64,000 bases of DNA from a bacterium (GCA_963675295.2 CAXXKJ010000002.1:2240001-2304000); one strand, 5' to 3'; counted from the first letter of the stretch, positions 50,687 through 60,745 are shown. A program made the numbers and translations. Notes: generated by a model from the sequence alone, not told the origin.

Positions 50687-51131
50687 GGAGCGTCCCTCCC
50701 ATGATAATCATCACCAGCAAGCGGACAACGACGGATGCGATGGTGACGGCGGCGATGGTTCGCAAGATGCCCTGGCGTTCAAACCAGTTCGCAATCAGGC
50801 CGGGAATGATGTAGCCGATGGCTTCGAGCCGGATATCGGAGGCGGCATAGACCGGATCCGCGACCAAGTTTCTCAGCGCGGCGCCGAAGATGAAGCCAAA
50901 CAGGATGGCGAGCACCAGGCGGCGTCGTCCGTAGATGAAGACGAACAGCGAGGTCAGTCTGACCGCGCCGAACGTGACGAATGCGACGACGAGTGTTCCG
51001 GCCAGGGTCCAGATGTTATTCAGGTTCAGCGCGATGTAGCCGGGAACGACGATACCGCCGGCGGCGACACCGAAGATCTCAGCGAATACGAGGCTGAACG
51101 CGACACCCAGACCGACCGCGATTTCAACCAT
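50679..51131 (-). CDS. pgsC: Poly-gamma-glutamate biosynthesis protein PgsC/CapC
   Basis: AGGIVVPGYIAL, IYGRRR, IGYIIPGLIANW..QG. Confidence 0.93.
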   Translation of the reverse strand: MVEIAVGLGVAFSLVFAEIFGVAAGGIVVPGYIALNLNNIWTLAGTLVVAFVTFGAVRLTSLFVFIYGRRRLVLAILFGFIFGAALRNLVADPVYAASDIRLEAIGYIIPGLIANWFERQGILRTIAAVTIASVVVRLLVMIIMGGTLLA

Positions 51132-52311
51132 TCTTTACTCCTTCACGGCTCCGTAGACGGAACAACTCAGCCACTTCCAACCCCCCGTGTCCAGCGTTTC
51201 CACAACCGAAAACAAATCCTTCCTCGCCGACTTCTTCGAAGAGGATGTCAAAGATTTCCTGTGACTTGCGCAGCCCGATTTTGCGAACTTTTTCCGCCGG
51301 AATGCCGTAGCGGCGCAAATGCGGTGTCAGCATGTCGGTACTTTCGCCCATGGAGACGAGGCGATCAAAGTCGATGCTGGTCCCGATCATCTCGACGAGC
51401 TGCACGCTGCGCGTAAAGCGATCAGCTCGTGTGTTCAGCAGCAGGACGCGTTTCCCAGGATTCGGGTACAGCTCCTGTATGCGTTGCCAGGTCATCAACG
51501 TTGACTCGGGATCGTTGGCGGCCATGGCGTTCAGGAAATGCAGCGTCTTGCCGTCCCGTTGGACGGTGAAGACACGAAGTGCGCCCGGATCGGGGAACGC
51601 CTGCGCCATGCCGCTGAGCGCGGTTTCACGATCGACGCCGAGGTGTTCGCAGACGGACAGCGCCAACGCGACGTTTGACGGATGCTCAATGTAGCTGAAA
51701 CGCCGCATATCTTCGATAGATACGGAAGATTCGGCAGAATAATGGATATCCGACTCGAGAGGCTTGGCACGTCCCTCGAAAACGCCCTTGATTTCAGCGT
51801 TCGGTTCATCCATGAACATCGGGGCTTTTACCGGAATCGTGTTCGCGAGTGAATTGGCGATTTTTTCCAGCGTTGCGCCCATTTCAAGGGTGTGGTCATG
51901 GCGTACATTGGTCATCACGCCGACGGTCGAGTGCACGAAGCGGTGCTCGCACATCCACTGGTAGGCCGGCTGAACCGCCATACATTCAACGACGACGGCT
52001 TTCGGACGGAATCGCGAGAAGAAGCGGAAGACCTTGATCTGTTCGATGATGTTGACGGGATGGAGCCGGATGATCGGAACTTCGAGGCCGTGTTGATTGA
52101 TGATACGGGGTTTGGTTCCGGTAACTTTGGCCATGGTGCGGACTCCACCCGCACGCAATCCCGCGGCGATGAGGCGAGTAACCGAACTCTTCCCACGAGT
52201 CCCGTTAACATGGATTCGGATGGGAATGGAGCGGACCCGATTTCGGTGGGTGACAAATTCGATCACACCGTAGGTGATCATGAATGTCACCAGCAAGCCT
52301 ATGACCAGCAT
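51124..52311 (-). CDS. pgsB: Poly-gamma-glutamate synthase PgsB/CapB
   Basis: IHVNGTRGKSSVTRLI, KVTGT, ECMAVQP, NVRHDH, DPGAL, AANDPEST. Confidence 0.95.
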   Translation of the reverse strand: MLVIGLLVTFMITYGVIEFVTHRNRVRSIPIRIHVNGTRGKSSVTRLIAAGLRAGGVRTMAKVTGTKPRIINQHGLEVPIIRLHPVNIIEQIKVFRFFSRFRPKAVVVECMAVQPAYQWMCEHRFVHSTVGVMTNVRHDHTLEMGATLEKIANSLANTIPVKAPMFMDEPNAEIKGVFEGRAKPLESDIHYSAESSVSIEDMRRFSYIEHPSNVALALSVCEHLGVDRETALSGMAQAFPDPGALRVFTVQRDGKTLHFLNAMAANDPESTLMTWQRIQELYPNPGKRVLLLNTRADRFTRSVQLVEMIGTSIDFDRLVSMGESTDMLTPHLRRYGIPAEKVRKIGLRKSQEIFDILFEEVGEEGFVFGCGNAGHGGLEVAELFRLRSREGVKNG

Positions 52312-52476
52312 GACCCCAGTGGCCTCGTGCGAGTTTCCCCGTCTCACAGCAGGGATGCAGAATGACTCTAAAGATCGTGAGCAGAACCCAAAAACGCAAG
52401 GTGTGCCCCGACATTCCCTGCGCCGGATAATAACGAGAATTGAACACGAAAGCAGGAAGAGCGGAGCCGTAATTTG

Positions 52477-53052
52477 ATGATGTTGTTGAAGAAACACCCG
52501 TGGACGCTTGCCTCTGCCTCTCCTCGGAGACTGGCGATCCTGCGTCAGGTGGGGATCGAGCCGGTGGTGCGTCCCGCGAATGTGGAAGAGCTTGAGAACG
52601 GTGGGGAGCCTGAATCGCTGTGTCTCGCCAACTCGCATCGGAAGCTGGATGCGATCAAGCCGGAGGTGGAATCCGGGTTTGTGCTGGCGGCGGACACGAT
52701 GGTGATCCTCGACGGAAACAGCCTTGGGAAACCGGAATCCGAGGATCATGCGTTGGAACTGTTGCGCTCATTACGTGGTCGAGACCACAAAGTACTTACA
52801 TCCTGGGTGTTACATTTACGCGAATCGAACCAGACGCTCGACGGGGTTGAAACGACTCGTGTCTGGATGCGGAACGTGAGCGATGCTGAGTTGCTGGAGT
52901 ACATTGCCACGGGTCACGCGCAGGACAAGGCGGGCGCTTATGGCATTCAGGGAGCGGCAGGCGCCTTTGTTGAGCGGATTGATGGGTGTTACTTTAACGT
53001 CGTCGGCTTGCCGCTTTCCCGTGTGATGGAAGCGGCGGGCAGATTATTATAA
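52477..53052 (+). CDS. maf: Maf family nucleoside triphosphate pyrophosphatase
   Basis: LASASPRR, ADTMV..GKP, DKAGAYGIQG, NVVGLP. Confidence 0.95.
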   Translation: MMLLKKHPWTLASASPRRLAILRQVGIEPVVRPANVEELENGGEPESLCLANSHRKLDAIKPEVESGFVLAADTMVILDGNSLGKPESEDHALELLRSLRGRDHKVLTSWVLHLRESNQTLDGVETTRVWMRNVSDAELLEYIATGHAQDKAGAYGIQGAAGAFVERIDGCYFNVVGLPLSRVMEAAGRLL

Positions 53053-53094
53053 TGGCATGCACCACGTGGACGACCGGGAGAGAGGACGCCATTC

Positions 53095-54105
53095 ATGGCA
53101 GAACCGAAGTTCCAGGAGTCGAGACAGGAATTCTGCAAGGATCTGATCGCGGCGCGCGAGTACAAGGATATGGACCTGATGAAGGTCTCCGAGCGCACGA
53201 AAATCAGTCCGGACTATCTGTCGAAACTGGAAGCGGGTGACTGGGATTTCCTTCCCGGCAGCTACGTGCGCGCGTTCATGCGGACGTATGCGCAAACGGT
53301 CGGGCTTGATGTTGGCGAAGTGCTGGAGCGTTACGACAGGATTGTCGGCGTCGCACCGACTCCGCAACCGGCGATCAACATGGGCGAAGGTGGTGGTTCG
53401 CGGCGTCCGATCATCCCGGATACCGGGTCTTCGCGTTCACCGAAGTTCATGCTCGCGGATGACAGTTCCTCCGGCAGCAATTTTACTCTGACCAAACCGA
53501 TGTTGTACGGCGGCATCGCGGTTGCCGCAGTGATCGTGATTGTGCTGGTGTACTTCTTCCTGATCAAACCGGGCGGTGAAGATCGTTCGCAGAATGTGGA
53601 AGAGATTCCGTTCGACGAGGTGGTCCGGGAAAGCCAGATGGGGGACGATCCGGACGGCGCGCTCGCGGACAGCCTGGCGGAGGGAACGGTCACAAACGAT
53701 GGTGGCAGCGAGGCAGAGACAGCCGGCAATACACGGAACCAGGCCGCTACGCAACGCGAGGAACCGGTTGAAACGACCCGTGACGAGCCGGAAGAGGCCG
53801 TTGTCACGCCGGTCGGTGCGGGGAGCGGGTTGACGTTGACCGCCGAGGTGTCGCAGCCGTGTTACATGCGGGTGATCACCGATCATGATACGAGCAACGT
53901 GTTCGACACGATACTCAGCAGTGGCAATACTCGTGTGTTCGATGCGGATTCGGTGTTCCGGGTGGTGATCGGCAACACGAACGGGGTGGAGTTGCTGCTT
54001 AACGGGCGGCGGCTGCGCAACATCGGACAGCGGGGCCGGGTGGTCACGTTGACGATTGATCAAAACGGAATCCGTGAGGCCCAGGCGGGGAACCGGGAAT
54101 TGTGA
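53095..54105 (+). CDS. rodZ: RodZ-like protein (HTH, single TM, C-terminal DUF4115-like domain)
   Basis: TKISPDYLSKLEAGDWDFLPGSYVRAFMRTYA; TM segment; IGNTNGVELLLNG. Confidence 0.85.
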   Translation: MAEPKFQESRQEFCKDLIAAREYKDMDLMKVSERTKISPDYLSKLEAGDWDFLPGSYVRAFMRTYAQTVGLDVGEVLERYDRIVGVAPTPQPAINMGEGGGSRRPIIPDTGSSRSPKFMLADDSSSGSNFTLTKPMLYGGIAVAAVIVIVLVYFFLIKPGGEDRSQNVEEIPFDEVVRESQMGDDPDGALADSLAEGTVTNDGGSEAETAGNTRNQAATQREEPVETTRDEPEEAVVTPVGAGSGLTLTAEVSQPCYMRVITDHDTSNVFDTILSSGNTRVFDADSVFRVVIGNTNGVELLLNGRRLRNIGQRGRVVTLTIDQNGIREAQAGNREL

Positions 54106-54128
54106 TGGTCACCGGGATTGGAACCAAC

Positions 54129-54159
54129 AAAGCCGCCGGAGTGAATCCGGCGGCTTTTC
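54129..54159. terminator. Bidirectional intrinsic terminator
   Basis: AAAGCCGCCGGA-GTGAA-TCCGGCGGCTTTT between convergent genes. Confidence 0.8.
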
Positions 54160-54203
54160 TACTCTCATCGTCCCGGGGGTGTGTCAACGGGGACGAGTAC
54201 GAA

Positions 54204-54821
54204 TCACTTGTAGAACTTGATGGAGCAGCCGACGGACTTGGTGGTCGACATTTTCATCGGCTGGCCGCTCAGGTGTGCGGTCATGGCGTCCTGGAGGTAC
54301 GTCGCCGAGACGGCGGACGCGTCCTGCGCGTTGTCGTCCAGCGCGCCGTGGTAGATCAGGGTGTCGTCGACGTCAAACAGAAAGAATTCCGGTGTGCGGG
54401 TCGCGCCGAAGGCCTTCGCCAGCTTCGAACCCTTGTCGACGACATACGGGTACATCATCCCGGCGTTCTTCGCACGCTTGACGTTGTGATCGAAACCGTC
54501 GTCTTTGTATTCGGTCGGGTCGTTGGCGTTGATCGCGATGACGCCAAAGCCGTCCTTGGTCGCCTTGTTGGCGAGTGCGACAGTGCGTTCTTCCCACGCC
54601 TTCACGTAGGGACAATGGTTGCAGGTGAAGATGACGAGGGTACCCTTGTCACCCTTGACTTCACCGATCGAGACCATGGCGCCGTCCACGTTCTTCATCT
54701 TCGCGTCCGACATCGGCAGAGCTGAGCCAATGCTGAGGGCGTCCGATGCGGAGGCCAGACTCGGCAGCACGAGGGCGGCGAGCAGCACAACTACAGGTAC
54801 GTTCCAATTACGAGCGGTCAT
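54204..54821 (-). CDS. Thioredoxin-fold (AhpC/TSA-like) exported protein
   Basis: FTCNHCPYV, FGATRTPEFF, YHGALDD, GCSIK. Confidence 0.9.
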   Translation of the reverse strand: MTARNWNVPVVVLLAALVLPSLASASDALSIGSALPMSDAKMKNVDGAMVSIGEVKGDKGTLVIFTCNHCPYVKAWEERTVALANKATKDGFGVIAINANDPTEYKDDGFDHNVKRAKNAGMMYPYVVDKGSKLAKAFGATRTPEFFLFDVDDTLIYHGALDDNAQDASAVSATYLQDAMTAHLSGQPMKMSTTKSVGCSIKFYK

Positions 54822-54874
54822 GACAAGACTCCGTTGCTTGGTATCGTATTGCTTTCTTTGTTCTCTGACAATTA

Positions 54875-55396
54875 TCAGCGGGTCAGCAGGTTTTCGACCT
54901 CTTCGTAGGTCAATTTGCCTTCCCACGTACGAATGACCGACCCATCCTTTGCGAATAGCACGCTGTACGGCAGTGCGCCCGACCAGTCGGGATCGATCGC
55001 GTTAATGAACTCGTTGTCCTTCTGATCTTTCAAGTACGTCTGAAAATCGACGCCCAGCGTTCCGAGAAACTCGGCGGCCTGATCCTTCTGCCTGGTGAAA
55101 TCCGCAGATACGAGCAGCAGTTTGAATCCATTGTCGCGGTGTACCTGGTACAATTTCAGCAGGTCGGGCATTTCTTCGCGGCACGGCTTGCACCAAGTCG
55201 CCCACATGTTCACCAGCACCGGTCCATCCTCATGGTCACGGACGAGTTCGAACACCTGATCGGCGTTGACCGGTTTCAGCTCCGGGGCAGGTTTTGTGTC
55301 CTGCGCTGATGATGTCGCCGGCAGCGACAGCAACGCAACCAGAACAATACCAACGACTATGATCAGGGGCGAGCGTCCCGCGTAACGTAGACCCAT
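54875..55396 (-). CDS. TlpA-family disulfide reductase
   Basis: VNMWATWCKPCREEMP; WSGALP. Confidence 0.9.
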   Translation of the reverse strand: MGLRYAGRSPLIIVVGIVLVALLSLPATSSAQDTKPAPELKPVNADQVFELVRDHEDGPVLVNMWATWCKPCREEMPDLLKLYQVHRDNGFKLLLVSADFTRQKDQAAEFLGTLGVDFQTYLKDQKDNEFINAIDPDWSGALPYSVLFAKDGSVIRTWEGKLTYEEVENLLTR

Positions 55397-55563
55397 GCAG
55401 TTGTACCCGACAATTTTTTGGATTCCACACGTCAATGATATGATGGATACGTATGAACACGCAGTGGGTTTCGTGTGACTCGCAGGTGACGGGAGACAAT
55501 TCCCCGCAGGCGCTGCAAAACCCTTACGTTTCAAGCAGAGAGCAGGTCAGCGTACAGGAGCGT

Positions 55564-56499
55564 ATGTCCCCCTTTCTTCGTGTACTCCCGTTGTTCGCGG
55601 CGCTCGCATATGCGTGGGCGGCGATCTTCATCCGTTGGGCGGACCCCGCCGGGCCGTTGGCGATTGCGTTCTACCGGATGCTGGTCGCAACCGCTTTCTG
55701 GGCACCGATTTACCTGCTGAAACGGCGTAGAAAGAACCGTATCCCGCCAACCCGGCGGCAATGGGTGTACATGATCCTCGCCGGGATCTTCCTCTGCCTG
55801 CACTTTGCCACATGGACCAGCTCGCTGATGTACACGTCGGTGGCGTCCGCCGTGTTTCTGATCCTGACGCAACCGGTGATGGTCGCTGTGGCTGCGCATT
55901 TCATCCTCAAGGAACGATTGACTGGTCTGCACTGGATCGCACTGGCGCTGGCGGTGCTCGGTGCGGGGATCATTTTTGGCGGCGACATCTCGATTTCGCA
56001 GGACTACATCTTCGGTGACATCCTGGCGTTGATCGGCGCGTTCTTCGCGGGCGCGTACCTGTTCATGGCTCGGTTGACACGTCCTGATCAGGAAGACGGC
56101 ACTCCGGGTGTTCAACTGGCGTGCTACCTGGTGCCGGTGTATGGGTTGTCGGCGGTGGGGCTGTTGATCGTGACGCTCGCGTTCGGCGAGCCGTTGGGCC
56201 CGTTTCCGAAGGAGTCGTGGCTCGCGATGCTGGGTCTGGGGTTGGTGCCGACGGTGATCGGGCACAGCCTATTCAACTTCTCGCTGAAGCATTTGAGTGC
56301 GTTGCCGGTGAACATCGCGCTGGTGATCGAGCCGGTGGGGGCGAGCCTGCTGGCGATCGTGTTTTTCCAGGAAGCACCGTCCCAGGGCCTGCTGATTGGC
56401 TCTCCAATCCTGATCGTCTCCGTGGTGATGATCTTCCTCCGGCCACCGAAAACCCGCAAGGCCCTAGTTCCACCCGAAAGCGGTATCCCCGGAGCATGA
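55564..56499 (+). CDS. DMT/EamA family transporter
   Basis: AFYRM, HFATW.SSL.YTSVAS, GDILAL.GA, PTVIGHSLFN, EPVGA. Confidence 0.9.
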   Translation: MSPFLRVLPLFAALAYAWAAIFIRWADPAGPLAIAFYRMLVATAFWAPIYLLKRRRKNRIPPTRRQWVYMILAGIFLCLHFATWTSSLMYTSVASAVFLILTQPVMVAVAAHFILKERLTGLHWIALALAVLGAGIIFGGDISISQDYIFGDILALIGAFFAGAYLFMARLTRPDQEDGTPGVQLACYLVPVYGLSAVGLLIVTLAFGEPLGPFPKESWLAMLGLGLVPTVIGHSLFNFSLKHLSALPVNIALVIEPVGASLLAIVFFQEAPSQGLLIGSPILIVSVVMIFLRPPKTRKALVPPESGIPGA

Positions 56500-56563
56500 T
56501 CTCTGATCCGCCCGGATGAGTCATTTGTTCTGACCGGCAGCTTCGCTCCAGGAGCGGCCTCTC

Positions 56564-56634
56564 GTAGGTATGTCTAGCGGAGTTAGTTTATCCTAACAGA
56601 CTACCTTGCATTAGATATTAGTGTGTACTAACTT
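56564..56634 (+). promoter_or_regulatory. DtxR/MntR-type operator palindromes overlapping a sigma70 promoter
   Basis: TTAG-N6-CTAA at 56583-56596 and 56618-56631, degenerate GTAG-N6-CTAG at 56564-56577; TTGCAT (56606), 17 nt, TAACTT (56629). Confidence 0.7.
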
Positions 56635-56641
56635 TACGGCC

Positions 56642-57661
56642 ATGAAAAACAACACGAACAAGTTGAGCGGTCGGGAGAACCTGGTTGCCGGACCGCTGAG
56701 GAGCCTGGTTTCCGCGCTTGCGATACTCCTGCTGGCTGTGATGGTTGCGGGATGTGGCGCTGATCCGGGAGCGGAATTCCGTGTAGATGCGAGCATTAAG
56801 GTTGTCGCGACGACGGCGATGATCGCGGACGCTGCGCAGCATGTTGGTGGCGACCATGTCAGCGTGGTGGCGTTGATGGGGCCGGGCACCGACCCGCACC
56901 TGTACAACGCGAGTGCGGGGGATGTCGCGCGGATGCGAAACGCCGATGTGATCCTGTACAACGGGTTGCACCTGGAGGGAAAGCTCGACCGTGTTCTCGA
57001 GGCGGTGGAGCAGAGCAAGCACATCTTCGCGGTTGCCGAACGAATCCCGGAAGAATTGCGGTTGCATGCGGCGCCGGGGTCGCCGACGTATGATCCCCAC
57101 GTATGGTTCGACGTGAGCCGCTGGCGGTATGTCGTCGATGCCACGGAGGAGGCGTTTGTCGAACTGGACCCGGTTCACGAGGCGGAGTATCGGCTGAATG
57201 CGGCGGCTTTCCGTGATTCTCTCGCGAGCCTGGACGCGTGGATCCGGGACACGTTGTCGGTGGTGCCGGAGAAGCGGCGGGCGTTGATTACCGCGCATGA
57301 CGCGTTCGCGTATTTCGCGGATGCGTATGGCTTTGAGGTATATGGTCTGCAGGGAATCAGTACCGTCAGTGAGGCGGGCGCGGGCGACATGCGTCGAATC
57401 GCGGACTTGATCGCGGAGCGTGACATTCCGGCGATTTTCGTTGAATCCTCGGTGTCTTCGAAGGCGATTGAGGCGGTGCAGGCGGCGGTACGTGCACGGG
57501 GAAAACAGGTGGTGATCGGCGGCACGTTGTTCAGTGACGCGATGGGCCTGCCGGGCACGCCGGAAGGGACGTATCTCGGGATGGTGCGTCACAATGTGCG
57601 CACGATTGTGAGTAGTCTGATGCCGGATGGAGCAGCGGCAGCAACAGAGAGTGAACGATGA
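56642..57661 (+). CDS. troA: Mn/Zn/Fe ABC transporter substrate-binding lipoprotein
   Basis: VAGC lipobox, GTDPHLY, DPHVWFD, TAHDAFAYF, LFSDAMG. Confidence 0.93.
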   Translation: MKNNTNKLSGRENLVAGPLRSLVSALAILLLAVMVAGCGADPGAEFRVDASIKVVATTAMIADAAQHVGGDHVSVVALMGPGTDPHLYNASAGDVARMRNADVILYNGLHLEGKLDRVLEAVEQSKHIFAVAERIPEELRLHAAPGSPTYDPHVWFDVSRWRYVVDATEEAFVELDPVHEAEYRLNAAAFRDSLASLDAWIRDTLSVVPEKRRALITAHDAFAYFADAYGFEVYGLQGISTVSEAGAGDMRRIADLIAERDIPAIFVESSVSSKAIEAVQAAVRARGKQVVIGGTLFSDAMGLPGTPEGTYLGMVRHNVRTIVSSLMPDGAAAATESER

Positions 57662-58527
57662 CCGAATCTACGGTTCAGGATACAACGAGCAAACTTGATC
57701 AGACTTCGGCGCTGGCGGTTGAGGTGAACGACCTGACGGTTGCCTACCGCAGCAAGCCGGTGTTGTGGGACGTGGACTTGAGTGTTCCGGCCGGCGTGTT
57801 GATGGCGATTCTCGGCCCGAACGGGGCGGGCAAGACGACGTTTCTGAAGTCGTTGCTCGGCCTGATTCCACCGGCGGCGGGGAAGGTGAAGATCCTCGGG
57901 CAACCGTACGCGAAGGTGCAGAAGCGAGTCGGCTATGTGCCGCAACGAGGCAGCGTGGACTGGGATTTTCCGACGACGGTGCTGGATGTGGTGACGATGG
58001 GTGTGTACGGGAAGATCGGCTGGTTGAAGCGTCCCGGGAAGGCGGATCGTACGGCGGCGATGGGGGCGTTGACGCGGGTCGGGATGGAGAATTTCGCCAC
58101 GCGTCAGATCAGCCAGCTCTCTGGCGGGCAGCAGCAGCGAGTGTTTCTCGCGCGGGCGTTGCTTCAGGATGCGGACATCTACTTCATGGATGAACCGTTC
58201 CAGGGAGTCGATGCGACGACGGAACGGGCGATCATCGCGATTCTGCAGGAGATCAAGGACGCGGGGAAGACGGTGATCGTGGTGCATCACGACCTGCAGA
58301 CGGTGGAGGAGTATTTCGACTGGGCGCTGTTGTTGAATGTGCGCGCGATTGCGAGCGGTCCGGTGAACGAGGTGTTCACCGGCGAGTTGCTGCGGCAGGC
58401 GTACGGCGGCAAGATCAGCTTCATTGAGGACATGCAGCGGTATCGGTTGGGCGAAGATGCCGCCGCGCTGCAGTCTAGTGCACGTGATTTGCCCCCATGG
58501 GAGAGCTGGGGTGGGGGTGAAGGGTGA
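57658..58527 (+). CDS. troB: Metal ABC transporter ATP-binding protein
   Basis: GPNGAGKT, LSGGQQQR, MDEPF, VHHDL. Confidence 0.95.
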   Translation: MTESTVQDTTSKLDQTSALAVEVNDLTVAYRSKPVLWDVDLSVPAGVLMAILGPNGAGKTTFLKSLLGLIPPAAGKVKILGQPYAKVQKRVGYVPQRGSVDWDFPTTVLDVVTMGVYGKIGWLKRPGKADRTAAMGALTRVGMENFATRQISQLSGGQQQRVFLARALLQDADIYFMDEPFQGVDATTERAIIAILQEIKDAGKTVIVVHHDLQTVEEYFDWALLLNVRAIASGPVNEVFTGELLRQAYGGKISFIEDMQRYRLGEDAAALQSSARDLPPWESWGGGEG

Positions 58528-59636
58528 TGCTGCTGGACTGGTTCAGCGATTACACCCTGCGGACGGTGATCCTCGGTTCCGCGATTCTCGGTGCGACCAG
58601 CGGCGCGCTGGGCAGCTTTGCTGTGCTAAGACGGCAGGCACTGCTCGGGGATGCTGTCGCGCACTCGACATTGCCGGGCATCGTGCTCGCGTTTGTGTTG
58701 ACCGGGACGAAAACGTCACTGGTGCTGCTCATTGGCGCGGCGCTGACCGGTTGGCTGGCGACGCTGTTGATTCTGCTGATTTTGCGTCAAACACGGATCC
58801 GAGAGGACGCCGCGCTGGGGATCTCACTGTCGATTTTCTTCGGGCTGGGGATTGTGCTGATGTCGTGGGTGCAGCGCCAGCCGATTGAGCACAAGGCCGG
58901 GCTCGATCGGTTCCTGTTCGGGCAGGCGGCGGCGTTGATGCGGGAAGACGTGATCCTGATGAGCGTGCTCGCGGTGGTCATTCTGATCATGTTGCTGCTG
59001 TTCTGGAAGGAATTCAAGCTACTGTCCTTCAACCCGGAATACGCGCAGACACTGGGGTTGCCGGTACGGCGGCTGGACATTCTGCTGACGGGCCTGATCG
59101 TTGTCTCGATTGTGCTCGGGCTGCAGATGGTCGGCGTGGTGCTGATGAGCGCGATGTTGCTCGCGCCTGCCGCGGCGGCGCGTCAGTGGACGGACAAGCT
59201 GTCGAAGATGGTGCTGCTGTCGGCGTTGTTTGGCGCGGTTGCGGGGGCCATCGGGACGATCATCAGCTCGAGCGTCAGCCAGTTGCCGACGGGTCCGACG
59301 ATTATCGTGGTGGTCAGTGTGTTTGTGGTACTGTCGCTGTTTCTCGCGCCCGAACGTGGGCTGGCCTGGGAGTGGCGGCGGCGGTATGCACAGCGGCGCA
59401 GCTTCGCGGTGGAGACGGCGCTGGTCAACCTGTACCAGCTTGCGGCGCAGCACGGATCGGCACGTCACCCGCATGAAACCAGCGCGATTGAGGTGATGAT
59501 GGGCGAGCGTGCCCGGAAAGCGTTGCAATCGCTGCAAACTAAGGGCTGGGTGGAGGCGAGCGGCGCGGATCTGTGGTCGTTGACAGAAGATGGCGAGGAC
59601 AAGGCACGTCAATTGATGCTGAAGGAGATGCATTAA
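58524..59636 (+). CDS. troC: Metal ABC transporter permease with C-terminal winged-helix-like extension
   Basis: ALLGDAVAHSTLPG, WKEFKLLSF, PAAAARQWT, PTGP; soluble tail ending WSLTEDGEDKA. Confidence 0.9.
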   Translation: MMLLDWFSDYTLRTVILGSAILGATSGALGSFAVLRRQALLGDAVAHSTLPGIVLAFVLTGTKTSLVLLIGAALTGWLATLLILLILRQTRIREDAALGISLSIFFGLGIVLMSWVQRQPIEHKAGLDRFLFGQAAALMREDVILMSVLAVVILIMLLLFWKEFKLLSFNPEYAQTLGLPVRRLDILLTGLIVVSIVLGLQMVGVVLMSAMLLAPAAAARQWTDKLSKMVLLSALFGAVAGAIGTIISSSVSQLPTGPTIIVVVSVFVVLSLFLAPERGLAWEWRRRYAQRRSFAVETALVNLYQLAAQHGSARHPHETSAIEVMMGERARKALQSLQTKGWVEASGADLWSLTEDGEDKARQLMLKEMH

Positions 59637-60745
59637 TGGACATCGCCTACCTCGAAATCCTGATTGTTGCTGTGCTGGTGACGACGGCGAGCGTGATCCC
59701 GGGCGTATTCCTCGTGCTTCGGCGGACGGCGATGCTGAGCGACGCGATCTCGCACTCGGTGCTGTTTGGCATTGTGATCGCGTTTCTCGTGGTGCAGGAC
59801 CTGAGCCACCCGGCGTTGATCGTCGGCGCGGCGGCAACGGGGATTTTGACCGTGGCGCTGGTCGAAATGCTGAACCGGACGGGTAAGGTGCATGGCGACA
59901 CGGCGATCGGGCTGGTGTTCCCGTTGCTGTTCAGCCTCGCGGTGATCATGATCAGCCGTTACGCGGGCAACGTGCACCTCGACACGGACGCGGTGCTTAG
60001 CGGAGATCTGGCGTTTGTTCCGTTCGACCGGCTGGTAATCGGAACCATGGATCTGGGGCCAAGATCGGCATGGTTGCTCGGCGGGATGCTGCTGCTCAAC
60101 CTGGCGTTCGTGCTCGTGTTCTACAAGGAGCTGAAGGTCTCGACATTCGACCCGGAACTTGCGGAAGCGCAGGGGTTCCGACCGAAGACGATGCAATACG
60201 CGTTAATGACGCTGGTGTCGTTGACCGTAGTCGCGGCGTTCCAGACGGTGGGTTCATTGCTGGTGATTGCGTTACTGATCGTGCCGGCGGCGACCTCGTA
60301 CCTGCTGACGGACAGGCTGTCGTGGATGCTGGTGATCGGTGTGATTGCGGGGATGATGTCGGCGGTGTTCGGGTTTGCTGGTGCGATCCAGCTGGACCTG
60401 TCGATATCGGGAAGTATTGTGGTTGCCGGGGGGATACTGTTCCTGCTCGCGCTGGTGATCGCACCGAAACGGGGACTGCTGTCGATGCTGCGGCTGCGAC
60501 GGAAGCAACGTGCCGACTTCGCGGGCAATCTGCTTGCTGTCCACCTGCTGAACCATCAGGGGACTGAGAAGGGGACGGAAACCTGCCAGTCGGAACTGTT
60601 GGCGGCCTCGTTGAACTGGGAGCCTGATTATGCGCAGCTGGCGTGCCGGAACCTACAGGGGCGGCGGTTGATCGAACGGGAGGATGGCGTCATCACGTTG
60701 ACGGAGAAAGGTGCGGAAGTCGCGCGCGCGACGATGATGTTGTGA
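59636..60745 (+). CDS. troD: Metal ABC transporter permease with C-terminal winged-helix-like extension
   Basis: MLSDAISHSVL, VHLDTDAVL.G, YKELKVSTFDP; tail ITLTEKGAEVA; TAATG coupling to troC. Confidence 0.9.
   Translation: MDIAYLEILIVAVLVTTASVIPGVFLVLRRTAMLSDAISHSVLFGIVIAFLVVQDLSHPALIVGAAATGILTVALVEMLNRTGKVHGDTAIGLVFPLLFSLAVIMISRYAGNVHLDTDAVLSGDLAFVPFDRLVIGTMDLGPRSAWLLGGMLLLNLAFVLVFYKELKVSTFDPELAEAQGFRPKTMQYALMTLVSLTVVAAFQTVGSLLVIALLIVPAATSYLLTDRLSWMLVIGVIAGMMSAVFGFAGAIQLDLSISGSIVVAGGILFLLALVIAPKRGLLSMLRLRRKQRADFAGNLLAVHLLNHQGTEKGTETCQSELLAASLNWEPDYAQLACRNLQGRRLIEREDGVITLTEKGAEVARATMML

Noticed and set aside
51124-52749. Long N-terminal extensions of pgsB (also rnhB, punA, ybjQ, the VOC gene and troD) in the ORF track
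   Set aside because: The extensions overlap neighbouring genes or intergenic DNA; family homology begins at the downstream ATGs used here.
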